A stretch of 64,000 bases of DNA, from assembly GCA_037379345.1 (NCBI GenBank), contig CM074511.1, positions 36,152,862 to 36,216,861 of the forward strand, given 5' to 3'. The notes below the pieces were generated by a model that saw only the letters and a list, made by a program, of their open reading frames with translations, was not told the origin of the DNA and made no database searches. Shown here one piece after another: positions 12,459 through 25,712 of the stretch (positions within the stretch are counted from its first letter, which is position 1; every line of letters begins with the position of its first letter). A program made the position numbers and the translations under genes. This stretch comes from Perna viridis. Lineage: Eukaryota.

Positions 12459-12858
12459 TTTTTGTGGGGGGGGGTATTTTTTTCCTTTTCCCCCCTTTTG
12501 TGTGACAAACTGTGTCCGGGTTGTAACGTTTTTCCCTTTACGACAATATATTGAAATTTGATACCAGGTTTACCATTAGACTGTCTTGAAACAAATTCAC
12601 CAGCATTTATTTATGGCGGGTGCACATTGATGGATTTCGTCTTATGATATCTAGTTTATTTTAATTGCAATTTGTGGGTGTGTTAGATTTTGTTGGCATT
12701 TTAATTTCGTTCATGTTGGTATTGTATTCCTGTTGTTCCAATTACTTTTTTGTCAAAGTGTATTTATAACTAAGCACTTCGCAAAGTACCAAATTAATAC
12801 TGCTGTTTTTCTTACTAATTGCTCATTGATAATGGCTGAATATCTATTACTAACTCAC

Positions 12859-15080
12859 CTGATTCGTTTCTTTTTCAGGTCCTTTAAATTGAATTTACCC
12901 CCAGTAGTCATGACGTCACCAGCTTTCTGTAGGACACCAAATGACGGGGTTGCTTCTACGATGAAAAAGAGTTCTGTTGGTTTAGTGTCTACATCTGTAG
13001 CAGAAAGTTGATCTGTAGTTATTCCTAAGATGCCACCTTCCTCGACTAGTAGTTTTGAGGTAACGAATGTTGGGGCCTTGTCATTAACTGGTTGTACATC
13101 AATATCAAAATATTGACCGAGAACCCGATTGCCGCTGGCGTCTTGTACGGTATAGACAAACCTGACAAGTCTACCAGATGACCCAATGTCCGTCAATGGT
13201 GGCATGTAAGCAATTTTCATATGGTTGATATCTTCTTGCTTAAAAGTACGTATTTCTTTGAGTGACGGGTCTTTTGATACCATTGACATATTGTGTGTTG
13301 CAATGAGACGCCCAGCATCTTCATGTCCCCTGTTTGCAACAAAATATGGTGGTGCAGTTATTATGTATGTTAGTTGGTTATCGTCGGATTCTTTATCAGT
13401 ATATTGAAGTTCTGCTTTTGTTATGTAAGCAAGGTCATTCTCTAATACGTGCATTAGGCGAGTAGCGTCAGGTGACAACTCTGGGGGGTTTTCATTAACT
13501 TGGTGAATAATAATGTTAAATGTTTCGACATTTGATTTATTAGGTGGATCGTGTTGATCTCTGATACGAAATTGGAACGAGTCCACGAACATCTCTCGCC
13601 CAAAATGACGGTAGTATATTGCACCTCGTTCAATATCACGCTGTGAGAATCTAGTTACTCTAGTCCCAGTTTCTGCTCTACGAAGCCGACGTATTATTTC
13701 TCCAGCCTCAGGTGGATGAACAATTACGAATATGATATTGCTATCAACGGTGTCGATGTCATGAGCTTTTAATATATCTGTGTTGAATTTTTTCAAACCA
13801 CCCTTGTTTAACTCTAAGCCTAAATTATTAACTACATATGGCGCTGTGTCGTCTTTTGGTATTATTGTAATTGGAAAATTTGTAAGAACTGTATTGACAC
13901 CGTCACTAATTCTTATATCAATCCGATCTTTAGTAGTTTCGCTATCATCATGTACATAAACTACAGATCTTCGTTGTAAATCCTCGACTGAAAAGTAAAG
14001 AGAGGGTTTGCTGTTTACTTCTATGCGTCCATGAAAAAGTCCACCGGTGACATACAGGCGAACTTTGTTGACGTTGTCTCTATCGACAATTCTTAAATTA
14101 TCTTGAGTAATCGGTCGCGACTGTCCTTCGAGAATTACCAAACCGCTATTTCTAGACACTCTTGGCGCTGTCGTTGCAGAAGATCGAACAGCTATATGCA
14201 AATATATTTCCTGGCTATGTGCAAAATGACTATCAAATACGGTAAAGCCAACTTTGTAAATTCTTTGCTCAAGATAGCTGATGGCGGGTGGTTGGTATGC
14301 TATTCGTTCATTCTCTATGTCAGTTTGTTGAAAAGAAGTGATGGGTGTCGTGTGGTCGTCCAAATTCACGAAATAACCCCCGTTTTCTCCTGGTGGGTGG
14401 CTTATGTTATAAACGAGCCGAGAGTTGGGTGTTTCATAATCTTCTGCAAAAATAACTCCTGGAATTATTGAAGACAGAACAAATTGATCTACATCCATCA
14501 TGTATATGCTACGATGAGAAGACGTCGGAGGAAAATTTGGCTGAACATCTTTGATATATATTGGTAAAAAGAAATTTTCAACAGTCGGTTCATGTGTTGT
14601 TTTAGAATCAGAAAGTTCGATTTTCAGAGGAATGTAATCGACATCAGGGCTATGAGATTTAAGATGCTGGTAATGAATTTGCGATAACAAAAACTCATGA
14701 CATGACTTTTTGAAATTATCTACAGCTTCTAGAGAATCTGCAATGATTAGGTTGCCAGCAAGTGGCCAAACTGTTCGATGACGTGAAAATGATACGGTAC
14801 ATGACGCATTTTGATGATTCCTCAGATTAAACGATAATACCTTTGAATCTATTATATTTGAAACAGCTTTAGCTTCTGGCACAACAACAGACCTAAGTCC
14901 TCTAGTCCGTACTAAGTCATGAGTAGAATTCACAATTCGAACAGTGACGTAAAAGTTTTCTATTTCGGTAGAGTATTTTGTAAATCTAAATGCACGAAAT
15001 TTGATTTGGTCTTCTGTTAATAATGGTGACCCACTATGAAAATACTGTACTGTCAAAGGTGGAAAGTTGCAATCGAATAC
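12859..15080 (-). CDS. FREM1: FREM1-like exon 2 (2222 nt; rest of NV domain and first CSPG repeats)
   Basis: Acceptor ttttttacag|GTA TTC GAT TGC (VFDCNF, cf. FREM1 VFDCHF). Motifs DVDQFVLS, APRVSRNSGLVILEGQSRPIT, IYYRHFGREMFVDSFQF and MKIAYMPPLTDIG are collinear with FREM1. GTGAGT donor, phase 2. Confidence 0.95.
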
Positions 15081-15749
15081 CTGTAAAAAAAATCTGTTTA
15101 GATGAATTAAAATATACAACAATTTTCAAATGGTCAATGCTAAAGTATAAACCCTTTCGACTTGACTCAATGAGCATGCGTGATATATACTTTCGTGAAT
15201 TAGGGCTTGGGTAGAACAAACGATGGGTGTACTGAGTCGGCTATACGCATACTCATCGACTGCCCACCATATATATGGCTACAGCAATCAAATGATAAAT
15301 CTTATTGAATCGTAGTTTTCCTTTAGCAAGAACTATAAAAAGTATAGACAGTGAATAACTATTAAGTGATATGGTTCATGTATCAATAAATATTAGGCCT
15401 GATTAAAAATATGACCAATTATAGAAATGTTTACTATTAATGACTTGTGTTTGACTGAACATTAATGGAAGTTTATCGGCGATTTTGACCTCTTGGGATC
15501 CAGTTTTTATAAGACAATTACTTTTACAATTTACCAGTAGCAACCCCTGGATAGTCTCTTATTGCTACACAGTAATTAACCATTTACATCTTTCATGTAA
15601 CAGTATGATTCAAAAGAGTTGAAGGCTTACAGATCAATATTAAGTCGAACAATTATTATTCTGATCCCGTAGACATGTCCTATGGGGTAAAGATTGACTG
15701 TGTATCAGTTTGATACTTCATTCTGGGTATTTCAGTACTCGATGACATC

Positions 15750-15966
15750 CCTAGAAAAGCAGAGGATGCTTCACCTACCGTTGCACCTGGTCCGTACTCC
15801 CTGTTAGTTGAGTCCGGGTTGCCCATTTATTTTTGTTTCTTCGAAGGTGTTATTTTATTTATTTCTTGTATTTTGTTGTGTGTGTCTATTTTCCTTGTCT
15901 AGTATTTATCCTTGGAATATTTTTCTTTTGATTTCCGCTCGAATCTTGGTTCCTTTAACGACTCTT
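15750..15966 (-). repeat. Repeat family A, copy 2 (more diverged)
   Basis: ctagaaaagcagaggatgct...gcacctggtcc...cttttgatttccgctcgaatcttggttcc matches the 40.5-kb copy. Confidence 0.85.
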
Positions 15967-17727
15967 GCAAAACATAGTGCATTTTGCTTTCAATATGCTT
16001 TGCGATATTTTACACATTGCAATATATTATTATCAACTTGATCAAAGGACTACTGGCATTTATGCAATCCAATTCATACTAATACAACAAAATTAGTTTC
16101 TGCTATCTCCTTCTATGATATTTTATTGCCAAGAAGAAGAATTCAGTAGTTAAACCCGTTCTATTACTGTGTGGTATCTAACACAAGGTTTATATCACCT
16201 TAATCTTACGTCAGATTGAATATTTACCGATGCATTGAGATGACGTATGTATTTTAAACGACTGAACTGATACATAGAGGAGGCGTTTAATCACTTGGTC
16301 AAGATTGATTAGGTTTCGCGAAGTCATTTTGAGAAAAAAAAAGTAGTTTGAATATGGCAAGATATTATTGGCATATTTCTTATGAAAGTTCTATACTCTT
16401 ATTTGAAAATAAATTATATTAAAGAAAATACTGTTTTGTTAATAAGTGGGCACGTCGAGGTTTATTAGAACAATAACATCTTGACTGTTTGCTTCAATGG
16501 AGAGTTTTTGCTAACATTTTAACGTAACTTTCAACACGTCGTTTATCATATTGAGAAACAAATGATAGGATAATCTTGGATGTTCAAATATATCATAAAA
16601 ATGCTTAGACAGAAGGAACATCAACACAATGCAGATTAAACTATTCAAGATCCTTTCAGAGACTGACAGCAGCTTCTCAACGCAGTTGTCAAAGAGCAAA
16701 AAGAGTTCACTCAAACGTTAAATGAAGCAGAGAAAAACATTGTGTTTATTTTACAACTGTCAATATACGTAAATGAAAGGATATAGAGAATGCAAAGATA
16801 ACAATGAATTCCTCTCCGGGATTCTGACAGGGAAAAATTAATTGAACACAAGATGAAGACACGTAAGAAACCATATACCTGTTAATTAACGCCAGAAAAG
16901 AAGAAGTATCAAAGAAGACATGAAACTTTGACAAAGAAGTTAATGTAGCATTCATTCATTAAACAGCTTTTCCAGACAAATTTCTAGCTATTGAACATTG
17001 AAGTTGTTACATCTTAAGGCAAAAATCTAAGTTATGGTATATTGAAGCAGAACTAATAGCATCTTCATTATCAAAGAGAAAAAGTGAAAAACTAGTATGT
17101 GCTCATTAGAGCTTAATTTTAAAAATTAATTGGTGATGACTTATTTATAACGTAGCCTTAAATGATGTGAAAGTACAAGTATGCTTTTAGCTTTTAATTT
17201 GCTCACAGAACGATGATGAAGTAATCTTTTTATAGGAGTCTACATTGATAACTTCATTGATTTCAATTCATAATATGGGCGCATACAAGAAGCAAAATTT
17301 TTTGCTTTTATTGCACTTGTTATAATCTTATTACATATAATAAAGAATAGAAATCTCCTGCGCAGAGGGTATATTCGTCATTTCATATGTATTGAGTCAA
17401 GAAGTGGCTATGGGTCTGCGGAGGAGACAGGAAAAAATACATGTAGTGTTAAGTTACGACATATAAAAAAAAAAAAAAAAACTACAAATATAAAAAAATA
17501 AAATCTACTCTTCATATATGTACGTGTATAACTCGTATTACAGCTTGCGCAATTTTGTCCTTTATAGATCTAATTGAACTATCCAATCAACTTCTACACC
17601 ATTTGAACATTTCAAAATGTAGTAAACTTGTTAATTTCTTCTGACTTCATGTAATAATTAAAATTTGAAATACCTACAGATTAAGTCTTCAGATTCAGAA
17701 CTGGACACAATGTAGTAATATCTACAT

Positions 17728-17978
17728 AGAGTGATCAAGGGAACCAAGATTCTAGCGGAAATCAAAAGAATGTGATCCAGGGACAAAGACCCGACATGGA
17801 AAACAGAAATTACAACAAAAAACATAAAGTAACTAAAATAATACATACAAAGTAACAAAAGTAAATGAGCAAATCGGACCCCACTAAAAACTGGGAGCAT
17901 GGACCGGGTGCACCGGTAGGGTAAGCGTACTCTGCTTTTATAGAAACACTCGCCGAGTTGCTCATAAAAAGTCAAATC
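17728..17978 (+). repeat. Repeat family A, copy 3
   Basis: High identity to the reverse complement of 40503-40755. Confidence 0.9.
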
Positions 17979-19011
17979 CGGGGTAGACGAAAGAGGAAAG
18001 GAAAATTATGACACGTTGAACGATCGAATTCAGCCATGCGTCAATATGGAGAAGAATAATACTTCAGACATGTACAAAACTTGAAAATCGGAGAGAACAC
18101 ATATGAACAATACCAAAAACCATTCACCATACATGAAACACTGTATAGAACCATCAAAGACCCACAGAAGACTACCAGGTTAACATTGCAAGAGTGTTAG
18201 GCAATGAGAAGAAAAAAATCAAGAACAATCATCATAGAACAATCATTTTTTTGCCTAATATTTCTAAAACTTCAACTCAAAGTAGAATTCGTTACAAAAC
18301 AGGAAGTAATTAAGAGGACAATTATACTATAATGATGTTCTAACCCTCTTTCTAAATAAAATCAATAATTTCCATCCGAATTTTTCATTCATAAAATTTA
18401 ATCTCGACATTTTCTTCTTTTGGTATAAGTGCTGATTAATTTTAAAAGTATATCGTTTCTGTGAAAAAAAAAGAAAAGAAAGGATTGTCATAGACCATAC
18501 AGTATCACCACGAATGTCGTATAAATTGGTTCAAAACTTGAATGAACAGGGAAAGATTCGTATCAGTTCCAAATCTAAGCAATGTAAAGTAGTTAAAATT
18601 TAAGTGTGTGGTATTTTGACAGCTAAATGATAATAGTTATTGGCGTTGATAGAATATTGTGATAAAATGCATGAAGTTAAGCGATAAAAGAATCATTTGA
18701 TTAACATTTGTTAAAACTCAAGCGTTTTGGTGTGATAAGCATTATGTATTTTAAGGTATCCACTTTTTGCTTGTAGGATTATTTTGTGTTATGATATGCA
18801 TAGACTGCAGTTCTCATTGAAGTCATTTCAGCATACGAACAAACTTAAATAGTTCTCGAATTTTATGAATCTTTAGACAAATTAAGATATTTTCCAAAAG
18901 AAAATATTCATACCACCATGTAAAAATTAAAGATTATATGACTTGTTCAGCACAGTTAATGCTTGTATGTATGTTTCACAAAAAAAAAACCACCATAATG
19001 AAAGACTATTA

Positions 19012-19385
19012 GGATAATTAATTGGAAAGAGTGAATAACCAAAATATGATCATGAATGCCGAAGAACGCCTAGATTTAACGAGTGTGCGGAACTTGTTCC
19101 ATGCACGAGTTAAATCTTAATGCGTTCTTGGCACGAGTGATCATATTTTGGTTATTCACGATAACCAGTTGATTATCTTATTTATTATATAGATTTCCTC
19201 CATTATTGATTATTTTCAACATAAATCAAAAATTTGGTGAACGGCGGATTGATATTCGTGTTGTGACGTTTTGGCGTGAGAAAGAGCGAGAGTGAAATTA
19301 CCGAATTTATTTCACAGTGTGAATTATCGAGAAAAAAATACACTGGGTACATTTGGTAAATCACTGTCATCTATATAATAATTGA
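19012..19385. mobile_element. Palindromic non-autonomous element
   Basis: Perfect 22-bp inverted repeat (19031-19052 and 19138-19159) within a ~165-nt fold-back, plus a second inverted pair attatatagat/atctatataat (about 19184 and 19369). Confidence 0.6.
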
Positions 19386-22300
19386 TTATATTTTCCTTAT
19401 ATAAACAAAGCCTAAAACTTCTTTATTTGGCATACGCATTTCAATTGGTGTTTGTCTTAGTTCGTTCCTGGTAGTGTGTATTTTGAAAAATGAACATCTT
19501 GTTGTTTAGAGACAGTTTTTGCACATTTCAAATGTTAAATATGCAAAAAGATGTGTCTCTTTGTATTTCTTTATGAGCAGTTTTCTTGGAATTTTACTCA
19601 TACCTCTTCTTTCCACCTATCCCATTTATGAATTGGTTGTCATTTCAAATAACGAGGTTATACTATACTGCCCGGATGCAGGAAAAAAATAACGTTTATT
19701 ATTATTTTATTATTGTTATAAATGGCACTTTCACATGTGAAAACCATTCAAAGATTATCTAATTCACTCGCAATTTGTGTCAGTTGAGAAGCAGACATTC
19801 AAACATTAATGAATTTCCTTTTTTTTGGTCAAAATCATAATTGCGGTGTAATTAAATATTACTTTTTATTTTATAAAAGAATTATAAAAGAGCTAAACTG
19901 TCTTCTCGATCAATTATTTTTTACCCGCAAATTGAATTATAAGGTAAACAAAATTTGAAGCCGAATAAAAATTTAAAAAGTTACTCAGAAATAATAAGAA
20001 AAAATACCTTCTACATACAGGTGTTCTAATTGTGATTTCTTTGTTTAAACAAGCATATTATGCAAATATTTTTTTCTTCATATTCTAATGTTCGTATTCA
20101 TTTGTCTTTGTCATGCTGATAGATAATAACTTCTTGAGAAAAAGTTAAAAGTCAAAATACGTCTTTTTTATATTTTTTTCCATTATTTGGAACGCTTCTA
20201 ACAATCATTTATACAGCAGCAAAGGGAATAAAATTTATGAATTCCATAGAAAAAAATCAATGGATAATTTCTTCTCAATGAGAGTTCTTCTACTCAGTAA
20301 ATAAAGAGGAACAAACGAACAAATTTATTTTGCTGTAACAAACTTTTTGACTAATGATATTGTATGTCAGCTTTTAAAATTTTGGTAAATTAAGTTTCTT
20401 TTTGATACAGGTGTTCTTAGTTTTCTTGTTCTCTGTCAGGGTTTAAACAAGCACCCTATACAAACCAGTTATTTTCTTATCTTTGCAGGTTCTTTGTCAA
20501 AACCTCTTGTACATATTTTATAAAAGTTGATGCTCAACTATATGAGTCAACTGAGAAGTCGAAATGTAATTGTAAAGTTATTAATTCTTAGATTTAGGCA
20601 TGCAAACAGCAAGATAATTTGCAAATTACAATTGCTTTTCGTGTATCCGTTTCTTTACCATAACAATTATAAGACACGGGAAAATATTTACTTTTAATGG
20701 TAGTTCAAATTTGGAATTGGCTTTTTGAGACTTTATATTTGTTTTCTTCTGAGACACAGGTGTTCCAATTGTTCGGAGAGCTTTTTTCTTTTACATCACA
20801 CTCTGTGTGTTAAAAATACCGTTCAAACTAAATTGTCAGGAGCATTCCGTAAAAATAAACAAAATCTTAGCTCAACTTTGAGTGAACAGTAAAAAGTCAT
20901 TTTACATTTTTCAAAGTATAAAAGGAACTGTAAAACTAACTGCAAGGGAATTTTAAATTGCAATTCTGACTTTTTAAAATCACAATTATTATATTTCTTT
21001 TAATGTTGAAAGGTTTGATTGATTCAAATTGGTTTACCAAAAGAACTTGCCATCGATCTAATCCTTTATTTAATGCCAAATTGCATCACAAATAACTCCA
21101 TTCTATTTAATTTATCAAATTCATTTTACTAATGTAAGTACTTTGCCACCTTCAATTCGTCATTGCGCCAGTTTCCTTTTTCAGTACTGAAGTTACACCA
21201 ATTGAAAAGATAATTTTTTTATGTTGTAAAATTAATTTCATGGTGATAATACTGAATCAGTGAGCGACTTCTGGAGTGTATCTCTAAATTGAACAATTTA
21301 CCTTGCAACCCGGTTCACTTTTAAAGAGGCGTGAACAAAAAATACCATTAAAGCGCTTTTTTTGCTATGGGATTCGTTTTGATATTCAAATTTGCACCTA
21401 AATTCGTTTGATAAATATTAATTTAACTTTATTGCTTTTTAAAGAAAGGGTTAGTAGACAGACGAATGGCGACGAAATATTTGAAAGTTCGCTAGGTTGC
21501 ATGGGAAATATCGTGGAACACTATTCTCGATAAAGAGCACATTACGGTGTTGTTATTGTTAAACTTTCAAAATTGTTTAAGCAATAAAACTTCAAAGTCC
21601 GTAAATAATGGGCACTCTTGACGATTAAAAATCGCATTTATGAAATTCATTGAATAATATTGCATTTTGTCAGTTGACAACATCACCGTTGTATGTTTGT
21701 TTTATGCCAAAAATATTAAGGAAATCTTCCAGAAAGGTCAAACGACCCCTGTATTTTAAACCGGTAGAGATTATGACTAGAATTTGAAGTCGTAAATTTT
21801 GAGCTAAAGGTATTATTATAGTTTACCTACATGCATGTTTTGACGATCTGAGTAGTGACACTCTGTTTTTTTTCCTAGACTGTTAAAGTTTTTTATCTAC
21901 TTAAGGGTCCCCCACACACGTTGAAATCATGCTTATAAGGTTGCATGATCACGAAATCAACGTTTTCATTCGAATTTATGAATGGATACTACAGTAAATT
22001 AAGGTTAGAAAATTTAGTATGCTCTAGTCAATGGAGTATTCAAGAAAATGAAGCGGATGTTTCTCCCAATAATAAAGTTTTTTTTTCTTCGAATAGGGGA
22101 GGGGGTAAAATTTTATTATCAAGTCTGAGACTCGATGATTTTGCATCTCCTAAACAACGACTTGCACTTGGAAACACTGGTCAAAGGTGACAAAGGTGAC
22201 AAAGGTGTTCAATGTAAACAAGTTCTATCTTTAAAAAGATAGCCGACGAATATTCCCCCTTTCTTTATTGGAGAACTGTGTGATTACTGTACTATGTTTC

Positions 22301-25300
22301 GTATTTCAAATATTTTATTGGTGCAACAAGTACACTATTTCCAATAATTCGATTAATAATAGATTATTCAATAAATAAAATTGATCGAAAATATTTCGGA
22401 CACCTATGCCTCCAATGTAGCCTTAAATTTCACGGTTGCTATCACAGTTGTCCAATCAAATGCAAGTTTGTAAGCTACATCGGTTAGGTTGCCATGGTTA
22501 AACATCATGGATGTCACGTGATGTTAATGCGAACTCAATACCGACTGCGTCGGAAAAAAAAGACGTAGGGTTTTCCACACTATTGTTCAGTCGAAACGGC
22601 ATTGTGTTAATGGGAATCGTTGAATTACGGTACAGCGGTTAATAACCAACTCTATTGTACAATGTCCTTGTTGGGTTGATACTAACAAGACACTTTCATC
22701 GCCCAAACACTCGCATTTGGCCTGTCATTTAATACTTATGAATAAAAGGGCTGTGGAAGTGTCAAACAAGAGCACTCTTGAATACGGAACGTAGATGGTG
22801 GTCGTTTTATTATAGGTTAACTTTAACCAAAAACCCTTGCCAGGTGTTAATTGTGGCTTCATTTTGGACTCTTGTTGAACTCCGTATTTCGAATTGATTG
22901 ATAAAAGACATAATTTTATACTACCTCAATTAAATTCCTTTTAAGTATCTACCGCAGAGATCTTTCGACCTCAGTCGTATTTGCTATAGTACTCGTTGTA
23001 GTGTTACACCTAAGTTTATTCTTAGTTTCAGTTACCGACATAAATTTGTGTTTAGTAATATCTTACTCATCCGTAATCAATAATTTGTTTAAATAATTTA
23101 TACGTTTGATTTAATAATAATACAATAAATAATGAAGTTGGTTGATTTATATTTTGTAATTTCCACACTATTACCCCCTAATGACTTGAAAGACACCTGT
23201 GTCTACCCAGTGGCACTCGGGTAACTGATTGTTCATTGTGATAATATTATCTAATTTTGTTGAAAAATATATCGTATTACTTTAAAAGTATGGAAGAATT
23301 TAAAAACGTTCATTGCTCTATAAATGTTGAACATAGTCTCGAGTTTTAATTCATCCCATTATGAATTCTAATAAAACAAATGGTATATTCCAATTGTCTC
23401 AACCGGGTTAATTGTTCTTATGTGGCTCTATTTATTGCTGAGTATTCAAAATTCTAGACGTAAATGGTCAGCAACCCTATACAGCTTCCTAATATGCCCA
23501 TAATGTAACGCCTCGACAATAACTTAATCACAATAGAGTTGGGGCACATCGAGTGGTCTGAAATCTCGACACCTCAACTAGAACTTTTGATGACCATGAC
23601 CTATGGCTGTGAGACACTTTACGGTACAATATGTTCAAATATTTATTCATTACATATGTGGAAATTCAATTTTATGTTGATATGCAAAACTTAAAAATGC
23701 GAGAAAAAGTATTAAATTTTGAAACACCTGAATATGAAATTATCTTTACTTAAATTTCTGGCAAAAAGCACCATCAATTGCCAATTTAATTTTTAATGTT
23801 CTAAAACTTCATCAAAAATAATTACATAACTGGCAAATCAATCTTTTTATTAGCAATATCCAGATAATATAGTGCATGTATTAGAGAAAACATGCATTAC
23901 TATTGCCAATTAAAATACTTTACATGATCATAGGAAGGTCAGTGCTACAATTATAACATGTTTATCAGATACGAGACGAAACTGAGAGTATTTATCATAC
24001 AAGGTGGATGAATGTACTTCAAAATAGCGGTTTCATATTCAAGATCATGTAATGTTAGGTGAAAATATGCAATTGTTCCCTTTGTTTACATATCTGAGAG
24101 AATTTGAATGGTAGATTGTATACAACAATGTTTTATGATGATGTACTAGCCATATCTCTTAATGTAATTGTATTTTATGATGTAATATCGCCTTTCAAGT
24201 TGTGCAGTATTTATTTAATATGGTGGAGTTTTTTTCTTGCAAGTAACTTGATTTTTCTACCATTTCCCTCTAAACTGTAATTGTTTATGTCAAGTAAATA
24301 CTAGTGTACGATTAAAGGTTGATAAATTGTTACAGTTTACTAGTATCATTTTCATCTATGGGAAGTTGGTTCAGTTTGTAAGTGACCCTGATGTGGATAC
24401 ACCCAAGACAAACCCCGTTAAGAAAATGTTTCAACACTTTCTAGAAAACTTACACTGAATCAGTGTTGATGTTCTTACCCGAAGGCATTTTTTCTAATTT
24501 TTTTTCTCTAAAAATAAACCTTAAAGATATTTATAGACGCAGTAGCAGTTTCTTAACCACAAATATTAAAGGGGAATTCATTGGACGAGACAACACCGGG
24601 AATACCAAGAGGACAATACATGGAAAACAAATCATACAACAACAAACAAACAAAAAAGAACTAAAAAAGCACACACAGAAAAACGAATACTCCGTTAAAT
24701 ATCTGGGGCGAACTCAGGTGCTCATGCAGGTAGGCTTGATATGTGCCTGCGTCTTGCAAGACACACGCCGAAGGGTATAGGGTCTTCATTACACATCAAT
24801 CAAACTATATAAATCCCTGACCATGAATTCAACAATAAATAAGTTGGTTATTGTGTCAAGCTGTTACAAAGTAACATATTTTTCGTAACAACTGTCATAA
24901 AAACATAAAAATATTTGATTCTAAACCTTTAATCTATATGCGGTGCAATTTTCTTTGATTTAACTTTCAACTCTTTGTTATCTAGGATGTAAAGCAGATG
25001 ATTACCAGAGCTCTACAGAAAGATCTGCTGAAAAAGCAAGAGTGCAGCTGGCGCGAAGAATCTTATCCTGAAACACCATGAGTAAGTTTGCAAACGCCAC
25101 CTGAGACCTAAACAATGTAAGTTTAAGTAACAAAGCTGATTACGTTTTAGGCTAAATGTTACCCAGTACTTAAGTTTCTAAAAACTTAATTTTGTGGTTT
25201 AGAGTCTCTTTTTGCATTCATTCGCAAGTATAAGACTAATGACCCTTTAAGATACATAATGAAAAAAGCATAATTTTCTTCTTTTTGTGTTTTATTTTGT

Positions 25301-25389
25301 CCTGCTCCTGGTATTCAAACCAACCAGCATTTAGTGTTTTTGCAATCGTTCCTGGTGTCTTGATACTAAATGGAACACAAGAATCTTGT

Positions 25390-25712
25390 CAACGTTTTAA
25401 ACATGTAATACTAAAAACTAAATGAAAAATAAATATCGAAAAAAGAAAACCGAAGCATGAAAATGGGTCAAAATCCAAATACATGGCCAGAACATGAAAA
25501 CATGAAACAAAGACAATCGATACATGCAATGTAGCAAACCGAATAAAATAGATTACATTAAAAAAAACAACCTGAAGATAAGGCAAAACAAGACGTAAAA
25601 CAAAAAACTGCAAAACTACAGTAGTATTAACTCCTACAAAAAAACCTTGGTGACATCAGGTGCCTCGGAAGGGTCAGCATGTCCTGCTCCGCCAGCAGCA
25701 CCCGTCATACTG
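25390..25712 (+). repeat. Diverged relative of family A (similar fragments at about 1995-2130, 24570-24772 and 46872-47060)
   Basis: A-rich arm followed by the core tcaggtgcctcggaagggtcagcatgtcctgctcc...gcacccgtc, related to the family A core. Confidence 0.6.

Noticed and set aside
7242-14471. Several plus-strand ORFs of up to 143 aa over the large exons
   Set aside because: Antisense to FREM1-like coding sequence with no independent homology.
16520-17090. Purine-rich stretch that looks like decayed coding sequence
   Set aside because: Stops interrupt the plus-strand frames examined and no family was recognisable; needs BLASTX.
17658-17975. Similar hydrophobic ORFs here and at 2667-2909, 15808-16041 and 40578-40810
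   Set aside because: Translations of the T-rich strand of repeat family A, not a gene family.
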